NCBI RefSeq assembly: GCF_036321535.1
Contig: NC_087436.1
Coordinates: 120,468,001 to 120,532,000 of the forward strand
Source of the DNA: Camelus dromedarius
Taxonomy: Eukaryota
Reading direction: 5' to 3'
Length of the DNA stretch: 64,000 nucleotides
Of the stretch, positions 1-11,919 are shown piece by piece (position 1 is the stretch's first letter; every line of letters begins with the position of its first letter). The position numbers were made by a program, and so were the translations under genes. The notes below the pieces were generated by a model. It was not told the DNA's origin, did no database searches, and saw only the letters and a list, made by a program, of their open reading frames with translations.

Positions 1-921
1 TGTCCTGGGAAAGCAGCCACAGGCGAGACAGATGGCGGACTGTGTTCCAGTAAGAGTTTAATTATGGAACAGGCCACTGAATTGGGCTGGACTTGCTCGA
101 GGGCCACAGTTTGCGATCCCTGCCCAAGGACCCCATGGGGAGAGGCAGAGCCGGACTAGACTGAGGGCTGGCTGCGCTGGGTCTCTCCCCTTCCAGGCAC
201 CGTGACGGAAACTCAGGGTGGGCAGAGGGCACACCCCAGCGGCCACCTGTGGCCAAAGATGCCGGCAGAGTCGGCAAGACCCAGGCGCCCCGGCGTCCCG
301 GGCAGCCCAGTGCCTGCAGGGGCTCTCCGGGCAGCCGGGCTGCCTCTCAGCCCCCGTGCCCTGCAGACCGAGCCTTGGGGATGCTGCCAGCCCAGGCGCA
401 CTCAGACCACAGGGGAGCCAAACCCTCCCCAGCACCCCTGTGTGTCTGTGTTGGGAGACCAGGCTGAGCTGCGTCAGAAATTCCAAAGCCAGTGCCCAGG
501 GTCCCTTCCTGGGCTCCAGGGCTCACCAGTGTGTGTGCAGTGCATCGTCTGGGTGTTGGTGTCCATGGCTTCTGTCGAATTTTCAGGGGGACCTGTGACC
601 ATCGAACCACTGGGCAGCACCCAGCTGGACCGTCTGTGTGTCGCCCCTGTGATGGACCTCCAAGGCCTGCCCTGGGGAGACCTGTGGTTGCTGGTGGGCT
701 GAGCCTCTGCTCCATTGAAGCCAGCCAGTCACAAGGCTCTTGGCCACCACAGGTCATCCGGAGGCCAGCCCGGCCTTGTCTGTGTGGTTGACTTGCCTTG
801 GTTGGCACCCCCTACAGCTCCTGGGACCGCCCTGCCGGGGTCCTGGCAGGGACCTGGATCTGGTCCCTCCAAAGGCTGACAGCTGAGCCTCCCTCACCGT
901 GCCCTCCCCACTGTTCCCCAG

Positions 922-1116
922 AAAAAGCTCCCGGCACTGCAGCTGGGTCACTCGGCAGACCTGCGGCCTGGCGAGTTCGTCGTGGCCATTGGCAGCCCCT
1001 TTGCCCTGCAGAACACCGTGACCACGGGCATCGTCAGCACGGCCCAGCGGGACGGCCGGGAGCTGGGCCTCCGGGACTCAGACATGGACTATATCCAGAC
1101 AGACGCCATCATCAAC
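922..1116 (+). CDS. HTRA3: HtrA serine peptidase 3, internal coding exon (human exon 4 equivalent), trypsin-like domain
   Basis: Acceptor ttccccag at 921, donor gtgagt at 1117. 195 bp, phase 0/0. Encodes [65 protein letters not shown], closely matching HTRA3. Confidence 0.97.
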
Positions 1117-1864
1117 GTGAGTGCTCCCCGCGGCCCGGGGCGCTCCCTGTCCCCAGAGCCCGCCCCACCATCGACAGTGCCCCTGGCCAGAAAGTTCCTT
1201 CTGTACATTAAGTGGAGCCCTGACTCCCTGCGACTGCTGCCCAGGGTGCTGGGCCTGCCCTGGGGTTAGAGGCTGCTGCCCTGACCTGGGGCAGCCCTTC
1301 AGAGATGCAGAGGCTTAGCCAGGGCCCCTGAAGTATCTTTGCCCAAATTACACCCCAAATCAACATTATTGTTACTATTTTATTATTATTATTTATTACT
1401 ATATTGGATGGTACCTTTTGCATTCACAAAGCACTTTGCCCGGATGCACAGCGCCTGCGTCTTTGGCTTTGCTGTGGTTCAGACACTCTTCTGGAAATGT
1501 CAGTCTTTGAGAGACTCCTTGAAGCCAGTGGGATGGGAAATAGCACCCAACCCTGCATCCGCCGGGGCTGCCCTGCCCGTGAGTGGTGTTGACGCCAGTG
1601 TGAGGCTGGAGGGGGTCTGTGGGGCCTGTGTGCAAGCACTGGGCCAGGCCGGTCCCCAATCCTCACACGGCTGTGCCCTTGGCCTCTGTGGCCTCAGCTT
1701 TCTTATCTGTGAAGTGGGGTCAGGGATGAGGCCTATTGGTGCTGTCAGGGGTGAAATTCAAGTACATGTTCCTGTGCCGGTTAGGATGAAGGCTGGCAGA
1801 AAGAGCTTCAGGAACCTCGGGGTGGGGGCTTGGGACACACTAACGTCGGTTTCCTCCCCTGCAG

Positions 1865-1897
1865 TACGGGAACTCCGGGGGACCGCTGGTGAACCTG
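1865..1897 (+). CDS. HTRA3: HTRA3 33-bp exon (exon 5 equivalent) with the catalytic serine motif
   Basis: cctgcag|TACGGGAACTCCGGGGGACCGCTGGTGAACCTG|gtgagt encodes YGNSGGPLVNL, the HtrA GNSGG motif. Phase 0/0. Confidence 0.97.
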
Positions 1898-3609
1898 GTG
1901 AGTGTCTCCTGGAGCGGGGGCCTCTAATTTTCTGGGGCTCTGCTCACATGGGAGGCACGGCCTCAAGGCATGGAGGGGACCCCGAACACGGCCTTCAGAC
2001 CCCCACAGCCAACTGCTGGAGACCCAGGAGGAGGACATAGCTCAAGCGCGTGCAGCCTGTGCCCCTGGGGTGCTGGTGCTGGAGGAGGAAGGAGGGACGC
2101 CCCGAGAACTACAGCCGAGGCAGGGCCGTGTGCCCGTCGTGGACACAGGGCAGGGACACCGGTCAGGGACCAGCCACCCCCTCCAGGCCTCCCCACCTTC
2201 ACATTCATATGAGATGAGATGGGTGTGCCATGCCTTGGCGTCCAGGCTCCCTGGAATTGGTCCCTGCACTCGGCCACGTAAGGATAGACCAGGCCATGGG
2301 TGGGGACTCCAAGGTCCAGCCCGCTCCAAAGCAGAAGCCAGATCTCATGGGGACTCCTTAGCCTGGCCATCTGGGCAGTGCCGGGGGTCCCATCCAAGGA
2401 GCGGGTAGGACAGGGACACACCGGCACAGTGTGAGGAGCAGTGGGAGCGCTGGGGGGGTGCGGGGAGGCGTCCTGACAGCAGACATGGGATCAGGGAGGG
2501 CTTCCTGGAGGCAGAGCATCTGACCTGGGCTGCAGAGTTGGAGGGTTCGGGTGGACGGAGACACAGAGGAGAAGGATATTCCAGGGGCGAGGGCAGAGCA
2601 CAAGCGCACGGTGCAGGCGCCGCCCCTGGAGCAGCAGGGTGGGACACAGCGCGAGGAGGCCGGTGGGCCACGCGTCCTGACACAGGTGGCGGTCCCCGCG
2701 CCCTGACAAGTGCTGCAGTCTTCCAGCGGGGCTCAGGGAGCTCCTGTGGGGGGACTGCAGGCTGGAGGTCAGGAGGTCACTGCCTGCTGTCCAAGAGGTG
2801 CGGATGGGCAGGCAGGGCCGATGAGAGAATCTTGATCCGTGAATCTTCTCCTCGGCTGGTCCTCCCACCTTGCAGGCTTCCAGGGAGCAGCCGGGGACAG
2901 GAGCTCAGGAGACTGGCAGACCAAGTGTGCCTTTGTCCAGAGTTCTGCCCCAGGCCCCAGAGGGGGCCCCTGGTGAACGGCCCAGGCCCTGGCCTGGGTG
3001 TCATGTGCAGGTGTCACCCTTGAGATGGACGGGGGAGCTGGCGTAGGGGTGCGTGTCTGGCTGTGGGAGGAGCTACGTCGCAGGAGTGAGGTCTTTGGTG
3101 GCCAGGGCAGATCCGGCCAAGCTGCAGCAGCCTCATGGGGGGGCAGGACGGGGCAGCGTGGGAGCTCAGCTCCAAAGGGACAGAGAGAGTAGGGGTGCTG
3201 GGGGGCTGCCCTGTTCCCACTCACCCCCACCCTGCTTCTAGAAGGAGGGGATGGGGGTGTCCCACAGGCCTCATCATGTCCCTCTAGGCTTCGACCCCTC
3301 AGAATGCTGCCTGGGGGTGTCCTCGGTCAGGGGCACTGCTTCTCAAGGGCTGACTGCAATCTTCCCCAGCTGCCCAGTGATGGAGGGGGCATTGTCCAGT
3401 TTGGAAGCAAAGGTGGGGTCCCTGACCCAGATGTGAACCCCAGAACACCTTTCAGGAATGCTTTGGGGCAGCCCTGGGAGTGAGCATCTCAGGGAGGGCA
3501 CTGACTGCCAGGGTCACTTCGGGAGCCGAGGCGTGGACACGATGCTCTGAGGTTGAGGGCAGTGGTCCCTTGGCTTCCCCAAGTGACCGCCCCCTGACCT
3601 CCCGCCCAG

Positions 3610-3724
3610 GATGGCGAGGTCATTGGCATCAACACACTCAAGGTTGCGGCCGGCATCTCCTTTGCCATCCCCTCGGACCGCATCACGCGCTTCCTCTCGG
3701 AGTTCCAGGACAAGCCGGGCAGAG
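3610..3724 (+). CDS. HTRA3: HTRA3 exon 6 equivalent, end of protease domain
   Basis: cgcccag|GATGGC...AGAG|gtagga. 115 bp, encodes [38 protein letters not shown] plus 1 nt. Confidence 0.97.
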
Positions 3725-4039
3725 GTAGGAGCTCCCCGGAGGCATCAGCAGAGGCAGGGCGGCTGTCCCAGGGCTGAGCCCACAGCCTCCAGTGGGGCCG
3801 GGCAGACCCTGCGGGGCTGTGTGCCCGCAGTCACTCCTGATCCCGCCCCCAAGTCCTGAGACCTGCCAGGATGCTTCAGACTCTGCCTCCATCAGATCTT
3901 CTCCTCAACTCATGGCCATTTTCACCCTTGATCCTCTAGACTGACCCTGTGGCTGGAGATCCCCAACCTCACCTCCCACCTCCCGGGGCTTCCGGGGCCC
4001 CACTTGTCTGGGCTGCTCCTTAGTTGTCAGAACCCGGTG

Positions 4040-4252
4040 CTTCCTTCCTTCCTTCCATCCTCCCACCCACTCTCCCATCTACCCGCCAACCCATCCTTCC
4101 ATCCACCCACACACCCACTCACAGACCCATCCCCTTCCTTCCTTCCTTCCTTCCTTCCTTCCTTCCTTCCTTCCTTCCTTCCTTCCTTCCTTCCTTCCTT
4201 TCCTTCCTCCCCTCCTTCCACCCCTCCTTCCTTCCATCCACCTGCCCATCTC
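4040..4252 (+). repeat. Polypyrimidine tract with a perfect (CCTT)n core at about 4133-4200
   Basis: Directly visible tandem CCTT units with TCCA/CCCA-rich flanks. Confidence 0.95.
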
Positions 4253-4668
4253 TAAGTCCTCCGTCTTTCAGCCCTCTGGCCATGCAGACTTCCGGGGAGG
4301 GTATCCTCGACTCCAGGGGAGTGGAGTCCAAGGCCTTGATCCTTGGACGTCACCTCCTCCAGTCCTTCGTCCCCTCACCCCCAGCCGCACAGGGATGACA
4401 GCCTCCCCTGCCCATTCCTAGATGGCCTTGTCCCTCAGAGGACATACCAATCGCCTTCCTAAAGTTGGTGGCAGCAGCTGTTTTCCAGAGGAGGGTCACA
4501 CTTCTGATCTCAGGACCCTTCCTGGTGGTTTCTGCCTTCCCACCTTTCTTTTCAGCCCCAGTGACTTCTTCCCACATTTTGTCTCCCATGCCCACCTCCT
4601 GGCCGGCACCCAGCCCTGACTCAGCCCCACTGCTCACACCTTCAAACTGCCTCCCTGACTCCCCCCAG

Positions 4669-4796
4669 CCCCCTTGCCAGCAGTTCATCGAGGGCAGGGG
4701 GCTTCCTCATGCTTGCCTCATTCTCCAAGACCCAAGAAGCCAAGCACACAGACTCCAGTGCAGCCCAGACAAGTGCCATGGGGACTGGCCACATGA
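4669..4796 (+). CDS. HTRA3: Putative alternative terminal exon of the PDZ-less short isoform (HTRA3-S), with read-through of the ancestral stop
   Basis: ctgactccccccag|CCCCCTTGCCAGCAGTTCATCGA. Joined in phase 1 to exon 6 it reads APLPAVH-R..., resembling the recalled human short-isoform tail APSLAVH*. The next in-frame stop is TGA at 4794-4796. Confidence 0.7.
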
Positions 4797-5323
4797 AGAA
4801 CCGCAGTTGAGGACTCTGGTTCATCGGTGTCCTTGTGCAAGGATAGCCTGGAGCCAAGGCACAGCCAGTGCTCCCTAAAGAAGCTGAAGGCTTCTATTGG
4901 ACAAGGGTGCCATCTAACCTCTGGAGCCCTTTTCCCCTTGGCTTCTAGGAAGCTCAGAACTTGATCCAGGGCTGAACCTTCATACCGCACTTGGTCTTTT
5001 CTCTAATAACCAAGCTTTTCCAGTTTAACGTTCCTCTGCTCCAGGGGTGCCTTTGCCTTTGGCCACCTTCCTGGGAATCGGTGGAGCTGCACTTGGCACG
5101 GGTTGAGGTGACTGTCGCTGGGAACGAGGTGGTAGTATCCTCTTCCGTCTTGTCCGTTCTCCTCTGCTGTGCCAGGCAAGACCCCGCCCGGGCTGGTTCA
5201 CTCCTTTGTTGTACAGGAACTGCCCCTGTCCTCACTGACCTCTCCCCGGACCCCAGGAAGCACTCATCCCATGTCCCCAGAGCTGTCCCCTCCCTGAGGA
5301 CATGTGGAGTAATGACAGGGCCC

Positions 5324-5329
5324 GATAAA
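5324..5329 (+). promoter_or_regulatory. Candidate variant poly(A) signal (GATAAA) for the HTRA3 short isoform
   Basis: Variant hexamer about 530 nt after the predicted stop, followed by the GU/U-rich tract ggtgtttacttttgcttttt at about 5372-5395. I saw no AATAAA in 4797-5450. Confidence 0.35.
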
Positions 5330-6169
5330 TCTTAGCTGAATGACCAAATCACTTAAAATCCTCCTGAAATTGGTGTTTACTTTTGCTTTTTTTTTAAATG
5401 AAAATATGAAATTATGCAAACTCAGTTAATCTGAATTTCTTTGAGACTAACCATCTTTTTATTACATTGAGGGGATGTTGGTTAAGGTGCATATCTTGTT
5501 TCCATCTAGGGGTTGGGGTGCAGAGGCCTCTGGGGGACTTTCAAGGTAAGAGTGGCCACCATGCTGGTTGGGGACACCTCGGCCTGGGGCCCCAGGAGGG
5601 TCTGGGGGTTCAGCCAGCCTTCAGACTAGAGCGCACCCCCGGGGGTGATTCAGTTGATGAGTTGGGTGGTCCTGGGTGTCCGCCCCTCTGTAAGCTGTGG
5701 AGACGGCTCCTCAGTGCTCGCGTCCGGCCTGGGGCATAGGAAACCTCAGTCGTCTCCTGATCGGGGGTCTCTGTGGCCCACCAGCTGAGGGCGAGCTGCG
5801 GGGTGCGGGGGAGGGGCGCTGGCAAGAAGGGCCCGAATGCGCATTCCCTGGCCTCGAGGTCGCAGGCAGCCTCCGGGAGCCCATGTGCCAGGGTGCTGAG
5901 TCCTCCTCGGACAGGCGAGCAGAGGCGGGAGGAGGCACAGGCACGCATCCCTCAGGGGACTTTCCGGTAAGGACAGGAAGATGAAGGTTGGCAGGATTCT
6001 GTTTCTGGAGAGCCTCGGAGGCCACCTGGGCTGCACATCAGCACTGCCCAGGCGCTCCTCACACACAAGCTCAGGAAACTGCAGGTTTTGTCCTCTTTTT
6101 AAGCATGACCTCGGGCCATGAGCCAAGCTGACCAGTGGCCAGGACTTGTGTTGGGAGCAGGTTAGAGGG

Positions 6170-6740
6170 CCGAGGCCTCACTGCCTGGGCCTTTCCCCTC
6201 TCCCCTGAGAACCTCATCCAGTCTCGGGGATTTAGATGCCATCTAGAGAGTGAACCCCAGATTTCCACCTTCAGCCCGTCCTTCTCCCTGAGCCCTAGGC
6301 TTGGACGTACAGCTGCTTGTTGGACACCTCCACCCCGTCGCTGTCCCCCTTCTCAGTTACGGGCAGCTCCCTCCTCCCGGGTGTCCCACCCCACATCCAG
6401 CCACCGGCCCCACTGGCTGGCCCTGCCTTGGGGACGCAGCCATCCTGCACCCGCTCCTCCCATCTCCAGCTCCACCGCCCAAGCCAGCAGGGACACTCCC
6501 CTGCGCTACTGCTGCCTCTCTGCTCCCTGCTGCTGCCCTTGCCCCCGGCAGACCCTTCCCATGGCCAGGGGACTTCTTTCAAAATCTCAAGCAGACCACG
6601 GCATGTCTCTGCTACAAACCCTCCCCAGGCTCCATCTCAGTGGAAGTAAAAACGAAAGCCTCCCCTGGCCCACCAGATCCATGAGGTGTGGCGTCCCCCC
6701 AACTCTGACTTCATCTCCCATGTGGTTCAAACATGCATAA
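6170..6740 (+). mobile_element. Degenerate LINE-2 fragment
   Basis: L2-like motifs ctcatccagtctcggggatttagatgccatctaga...ccccagatttccaccttcagccc and ttcaaaatctcaagcagaccacggc. Boundaries approximate. Confidence 0.6.
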
Positions 6741-6759
6741 TACCGTCCGCCTTCCTCGG

Positions 6760-9700
6760 TGAGATGCCTGTTTAAGCATTTCGCCCATTTCAGACATTAG
6801 GGCTGTTGGTGCTCCACTTAGGTTTTGAGGATTCTTCGTACGTTCTAGCGCGGAGCTCTCTGTCAGAGGAATGAGTTGCAAGTATTTCCCCCGCGTGGCC
6901 TGCCTTTGCATTCCTTAAGAGCAGAAGTTTTGTAAATGTTGGGTGAAGTCTAATTTACTGATTTTTATAAGTGGACTGTGCATCTAAGGTTGCATCTGGG
7001 AAACCTTGCTAGCCAAGGTCAGAAAGATTTTTCTCCTCGAAGCTTTATTTTCTGAGGTTTTAGATGTAGGATTATGCTGTGCTTTGAATTATTCTTTAAA
7101 ACAGGGCCCAGTGTGAATCAAGTTCTTTTTTCTTTCTTTGTGTTGAATATTCAGCCGTCCTAGCACCATTCGTTGGAACGACTATCCTTCCTCTGCTGAG
7201 TCACTTTGGTACCTTTGTCGAAAACAAACTAAGTATCTTCTGCTCTCCTTGGGTCCTTCTGTCCACCAAGGTCACACCGTCCCGCTTCTCCTGGCTTTGC
7301 GATGAGCCTTGAGGTCAGGCAGTGTCAGGCCCCCGCCAGGTCTTCCTTCCCAAAGTCGCTTTGGTTCTTCTAAATCCTTCTAAATCCATACGAATTTTAG
7401 AATCAGCTTGTCAATTTCTACCCCCCCCCAAAAAAAACCTGCTGCTATTTTAATTGAGATTGTCCTGAGTCTATAGACTGACTTGGGGGAGAATTGTCAT
7501 CTTAACAATATTGAATCTTTTGGCCCATGAACACAGATATTGCCCCATTATTTAGGTCTTGTTTGATTTCTTTCAGCAATTTTTTTTCTAGTTTTCAGAG
7601 TACAGGTTTTAAGCATCAGATTTATTCCTAAGTATTTTATAATTTTTGTGCTATTCAAAATTATTCTTTTAAATTTTAATTTCTGAATGTTTGTTACTTA
7701 CTAAAATATACAAATAAAATTGATTTTTGTACTTTGACCGTGAGATCGTGCAGCCTTGGTAACTCACTTATTAGTTCTAGTGGCTTTCTGTAGATTCCAT
7801 CTGATTTCTACACAGATGATTATGCAGTCTGTGAATAAAGACGGTTTTACTTCTTCCTTTCCAATCCAAATGCTTTTTTTCTTGCCTGGCCAGGTTCTCC
7901 CATAAAAATGTTAAATAAAAGTGGTGAGAGTGGACTTCCTTGCCTCATTACCGATCTTAGGGAGAAATCTTCAGTTTCTCTCTATTAAGTATGATGCTAA
8001 GTAAAGTATTTTCATAGATGTTCTTTATCAGGTTGAAAAAGATCCTTTTTACTTCTCATTATTATTAGGAATAGATGTTAGATTTTGTAAATGCTTTTTC
8101 TGCATCTTTTGAGATGACAGTTTCACATTTTATTCTGTTAATATGGTAAGTTGCACTGATTTTTGTTGTTAAACCATCCTTGCATTCCTGGAATATGTAT
8201 TCCATGATGTATTATCCTTTTTATATATTGTTGCATTTGATTTGCTGAAAACATTCAAAGATTTTCCCCATCTATCTTCATGAGGGACATTGGTCCAGTT
8301 TTCTTTTCTGGCTTTGGTGTTGGGATAACACATTGAGAATTTATTTAGGAAAAGCATTCCTCCTGGGTGTCTCCTCTACTCTCCATCCTCTGCTCCTTCA
8401 TGTCTGACACATCTGCTCACTAAGTGTGTGGGGTTTCCCCATGCCAAGCTGAATGCTCTACCATTTAACTCAATTCTGACACTGTCTACCTGGAGAGAGC
8501 ATCAGACCCTGCAAGTGAAGGGCTGGTCTAGCAAGACCACCCCTGACCTCACCTCCAGATGCTGATTGCATACTTCCTGTGACTATAAATCAGAATTTCC
8601 CATGAACCTCTTCTTGGCTTGGGTCACTTGCTAGAGCAGGAAAACAGTTTACTTATTAGGTTACCAGTTGCCTTTAAAAGGATGTGACCTGGAAACAGCC
8701 TGATGGGAGAGATGCACAGGGCAAGGCATGAGGGAAGGGTGTGGAGCTTCCATGATCTCTGGATGCACCAATCTTCCAGCACCTCTACAGGGTCACCAAC
8801 CTAGAAGCTCTCCAAATCCATTCTTTTGGGGTTTTACAGAGGCTTTATTACATAGGCAAGACTGACCAAATGATTGGCCATTGGCAATTGATTCAGCTTC
8901 TAGCCCCTCTCCCTTCCCCAGAGGCAGGGTAAGGAGGCTGGGGCTGAAACTTCCAACTCTCTAATTACATGGTTGGTTCCCCTGGCAAACAGCTCCCATC
9001 CCTAGGGGCTTTCCAAAAGTCACCTCATTAATATAAACTTTGGTGTGACAGAAAGGGGCTTGTTATGGAAGGTAAAAGCCCATTTCACCTTTATAGTTCT
9101 GGAGCTATTTCAAGAGCTGGGAGCAAAAGATGTCCCTTATAGCTCTAATCACTTTAAGAAATGAAAAAATTTTAGGAGCATTTGTTAGGAACCATGAGTA
9201 AAGACCAGAATATATATGTATTTTTTATTATAAATCACAATATCACAGAAGTACTCACTCATTTTGCAGTTTTCTAGAGGAGTTTGTGTAGAATTGGCAT
9301 GACTTCTTAAACATTAGGTGTAATTCTCGGGTGAGACCACCTGGGCCTGAACTTTCTTTGTGGGAAGATTTTTAACTACAACTTCAATTTCTTTAATAAA
9401 TATAGGGCTGCTGAGGTTCTCTGTTTCTTCTTGAGTGAGCTTTAAAGGTCTGGAAATTTCAAGAAATTTGTCCACTTTATCAGATTTGTCAAATTTATTG
9501 ACATCAAGTTGTTCATAATAGTTTCTCATTATCCTCTTAATAGCTGTGGGATCTGTAGTGATGTCACCCCTCTGATTCCTCATGTTCCTGGTATCTTTTC
9601 TCACTTTTTCCCTAATCAGTCTGGCTAAAGGCTTAAAAATTTTATTGATCTCAAAGAATCAGCTTCTGGGTTTCATTTATTTTCTCCGTTGTGTTTTTAT

Positions 9701-10140
9701 TTCCTGTGTCATTGATTCCTATTCTTCATTGTTTCTTTTCTTCTGCCTAGATGAGGTTTCATTTGATCCTCTTTTTCTAGTTTTTAAGGAGAAAGCAGAA
9801 GTTATTGATTTGAGAACTTTCTTCTTTTCTGATATTGGCACTTTGGTGCTATTGATTTCCCTCTAAGTTCCTCTTTAGTAACTATATCCCACAAAGTTTG
9901 GTATGTTGTATTTTCAGTTTTATTCAGTTTAAAATACTTTCTAATTGCCCTTTTAATTTCTTCATTGAAGATGGCTTATTTAGAAATGCATCATCTAGTT
10001 TCTAAGCTTTGGGGAATCTTGTAGATATCTTTCTGTTCTTGATTTCTAGTTTAATTCCATTGTGGTCAGAGACTATAGTTTTATGATATGAAATTTTTAA
10101 AATACACTGAGACTTGTTTATGGTTCAGAATACATAAATG
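6760..10140 (-). mobile_element. Old LINE-1 ORF2 fragment, antisense in HTRA3 intron 6, interrupted by an LTR
   Basis: T-rich + strand. The minus-strand translation at 9314-9604 (RGDITTDPTAIKRIMRNYYEQLDVNKFDKSDKVDKFLE...LTQEETENLSSPIFIKEIEVVVKNLPTKK) is typical L1 ORF2p. Many stops and frameshifts. Confidence 0.92.
8334..9247. mobile_element. Solo LTR, MER21-like (ERVL class), nested in the L1
   Basis: Motif caattctgacactgtctacctggagagagcatcagaccc and terminus aaatcacaatatcaca resemble recalled MER21. L1 sequence resumes at 9248. Left edge approximate. Confidence 0.75.
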
Positions 10141-10700
10141 TCATTTCTGAGTCTGACACCTGCTAGGTCACAGGCTGGAGCAGCTGGGAGAATAGAGGTC
10201 ACACCTTAGCATGTTTTGTATATAATTCTCCAGCCAGAGTGCCCGCCACATGGTTAGTGCTCACTGGGCATTACCAATTAGTATTACTATTAATGAAGAA
10301 GGCAAGGGAAGGTGATGAGCTCCAATCAGAGTAAGGCAAGTTTGGGGAGCCTGTGGGATGGAGACTGGAGAGGAGAGCCCCACTGTCCGTTGGGGTTTGG
10401 CTGTGGGGCTCAGTAAGAGAGCAGATGTCAGAGCTGATACTGGATGGTGCCTGAGGGTGAGGGTGGGCGTGAAGCCACCAGATTAGAGCCAGGATGTCCC
10501 TCGGCTCCTCAAGAGCAGCCAAGTGGAGGGAGGCGGCTCTATGTGCCTGATCACTCAGAGGCTGGGCTGGCCCAGGCAGAGTGACCCCTGCTGCCTTCTA
10601 CTCCCAGTGTGGGGGGCCAAGGGGATTCTGCCCTTGACTGGATGCTCAGGGAGGACAGGGGCTCCATGGTGGTTCTGAGTCCTGACATGCTCTGTTTCAG

Positions 10701-10749
10701 ACTGGAAGAAGCGCTTCATCGGCATACGGATGCGGACCATCACACCAAG
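10701..10749 (+). CDS. HTRA3: HTRA3 exon 7 equivalent, start of PDZ domain
   Basis: tgtttcag|ACTGGAAG...CCAAG|gttggt. 49 bp, phase 1/2, encodes (D)WKKRFIGIRMRTITP(S). Confidence 0.96.
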
Positions 10750-10999
10750 GTTGGTGTCTGAAGGGCGCTGCTCCCTGCCGCCCATCCAATCTCATGCCTC
10801 TCCTCCACCCACCTCCCAGACCCTGGCCCGGACATGTCTGGCCACGGGCGGATGCTCTAGCAGACCAGACACACTCATCCTTCTGAGCCTCTGCTCAGGC
10901 TAGTTCCTCTGCCTGGAAAATCTTGCCCACTTTGTCTGGTAGACTCCTTGGGCTCCCACAGGACTCTATTCAGGTGCCCTTCCTCCAGGAAGCCTCCCA

Positions 11000-11450
11000 G
11001 ATTAATTTCCTGTGGCCGCCATAACAAATTACCACAAACTTGGTGGCTTAAAACAGAAATTCATTCTCTCACAGTTCTGGAAGCCAGAAGTCCAAAATCA
11101 AGGTGTCAGCAGGGCTGCACTTCTGCTGGATTCTTCCAGGGAAGAACCCTTCCTTGTGTCTCCCAGCTTCTGGGGGTTCCAGGTGTTTCTTGGGTTGTAG
11201 TTGCATCACTCCAAACTCTGCCTTTCTCATCACATGGCGTCTGCTTTCTATGTGTCTGTGTCCAATCTCCCTCTTTGTTCTCTTATAAAAACACCAGTCA
11301 TTGGGTTTAGGGCCCACCCTAAGTCAGGCTGATCTCCTCTACAGATCCTTAACCAACTGTGTCTGCAAAGATCCTACTTCCAAACAAAGTCACAGTCCGA
11401 GGCCCTGGGCGGACATGAGTTTTTGCAGAGGACACTACTCTGCCTCACCA
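11000..11450 (-). mobile_element. MaLR LTR (MLT1-type)
   Basis: Hallmark ataacaaattaccacaaacttggtggcttaaaacagaaattcattctctcacagttctggaagccagaagtccaaaatcaaggtgtcagcaggg. Confidence 0.88.
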
Positions 11451-11919
11451 GGTTACTCAAGTGGGAGAAGGCGCCTCCTCTTCACTTGCATAGCTGGGCT
11501 CCCTTCCCCAGCTTTGCAGTGGTCCCACAGCGTCAGCATTGCCTGCCCCCAACCTTGACCATGGGCTCCTTGGGAGCAAGGACTGTGTCTTGCTCATCCC
11601 TCTGCTTCCCCACCTCTCAGTACCAGGTCTACACCAGAGTGTGTGCCTACAAATACTGAATGCGTGACATAGAGAAGGGGTTGGGGAAGAGGAAGAAGAG
11701 GGAGGGAGGAAAGGAAGCAGAAGGGAAGAAAATGCAAAGTCAAGTCCAGGGGTTTGAAAAGGGAAGAGGTCGCTGCTCTGGGGGAAGAACTAAGGCTCAC
11801 CAGACCCTCCCACCCACACAGTCCCTAAAACGACCATACTTCCTGTTCATCTAGGGAATAAGTCTGAAAGTAATTTGGAATGAAGACCAATATACCAGTT
11901 TATCCTTTAAAGAGGTTCT

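Noticed and set aside
4004..4398. PSFL and KEGR repeat ORFs
   Set aside because: They are translations of the (CCTT)n microsatellite.
9314..9604. ORF with clear protein similarity
   Set aside because: It is a fragment of a dead L1 ORF2 surrounded by stops and frameshifts, not a host gene.
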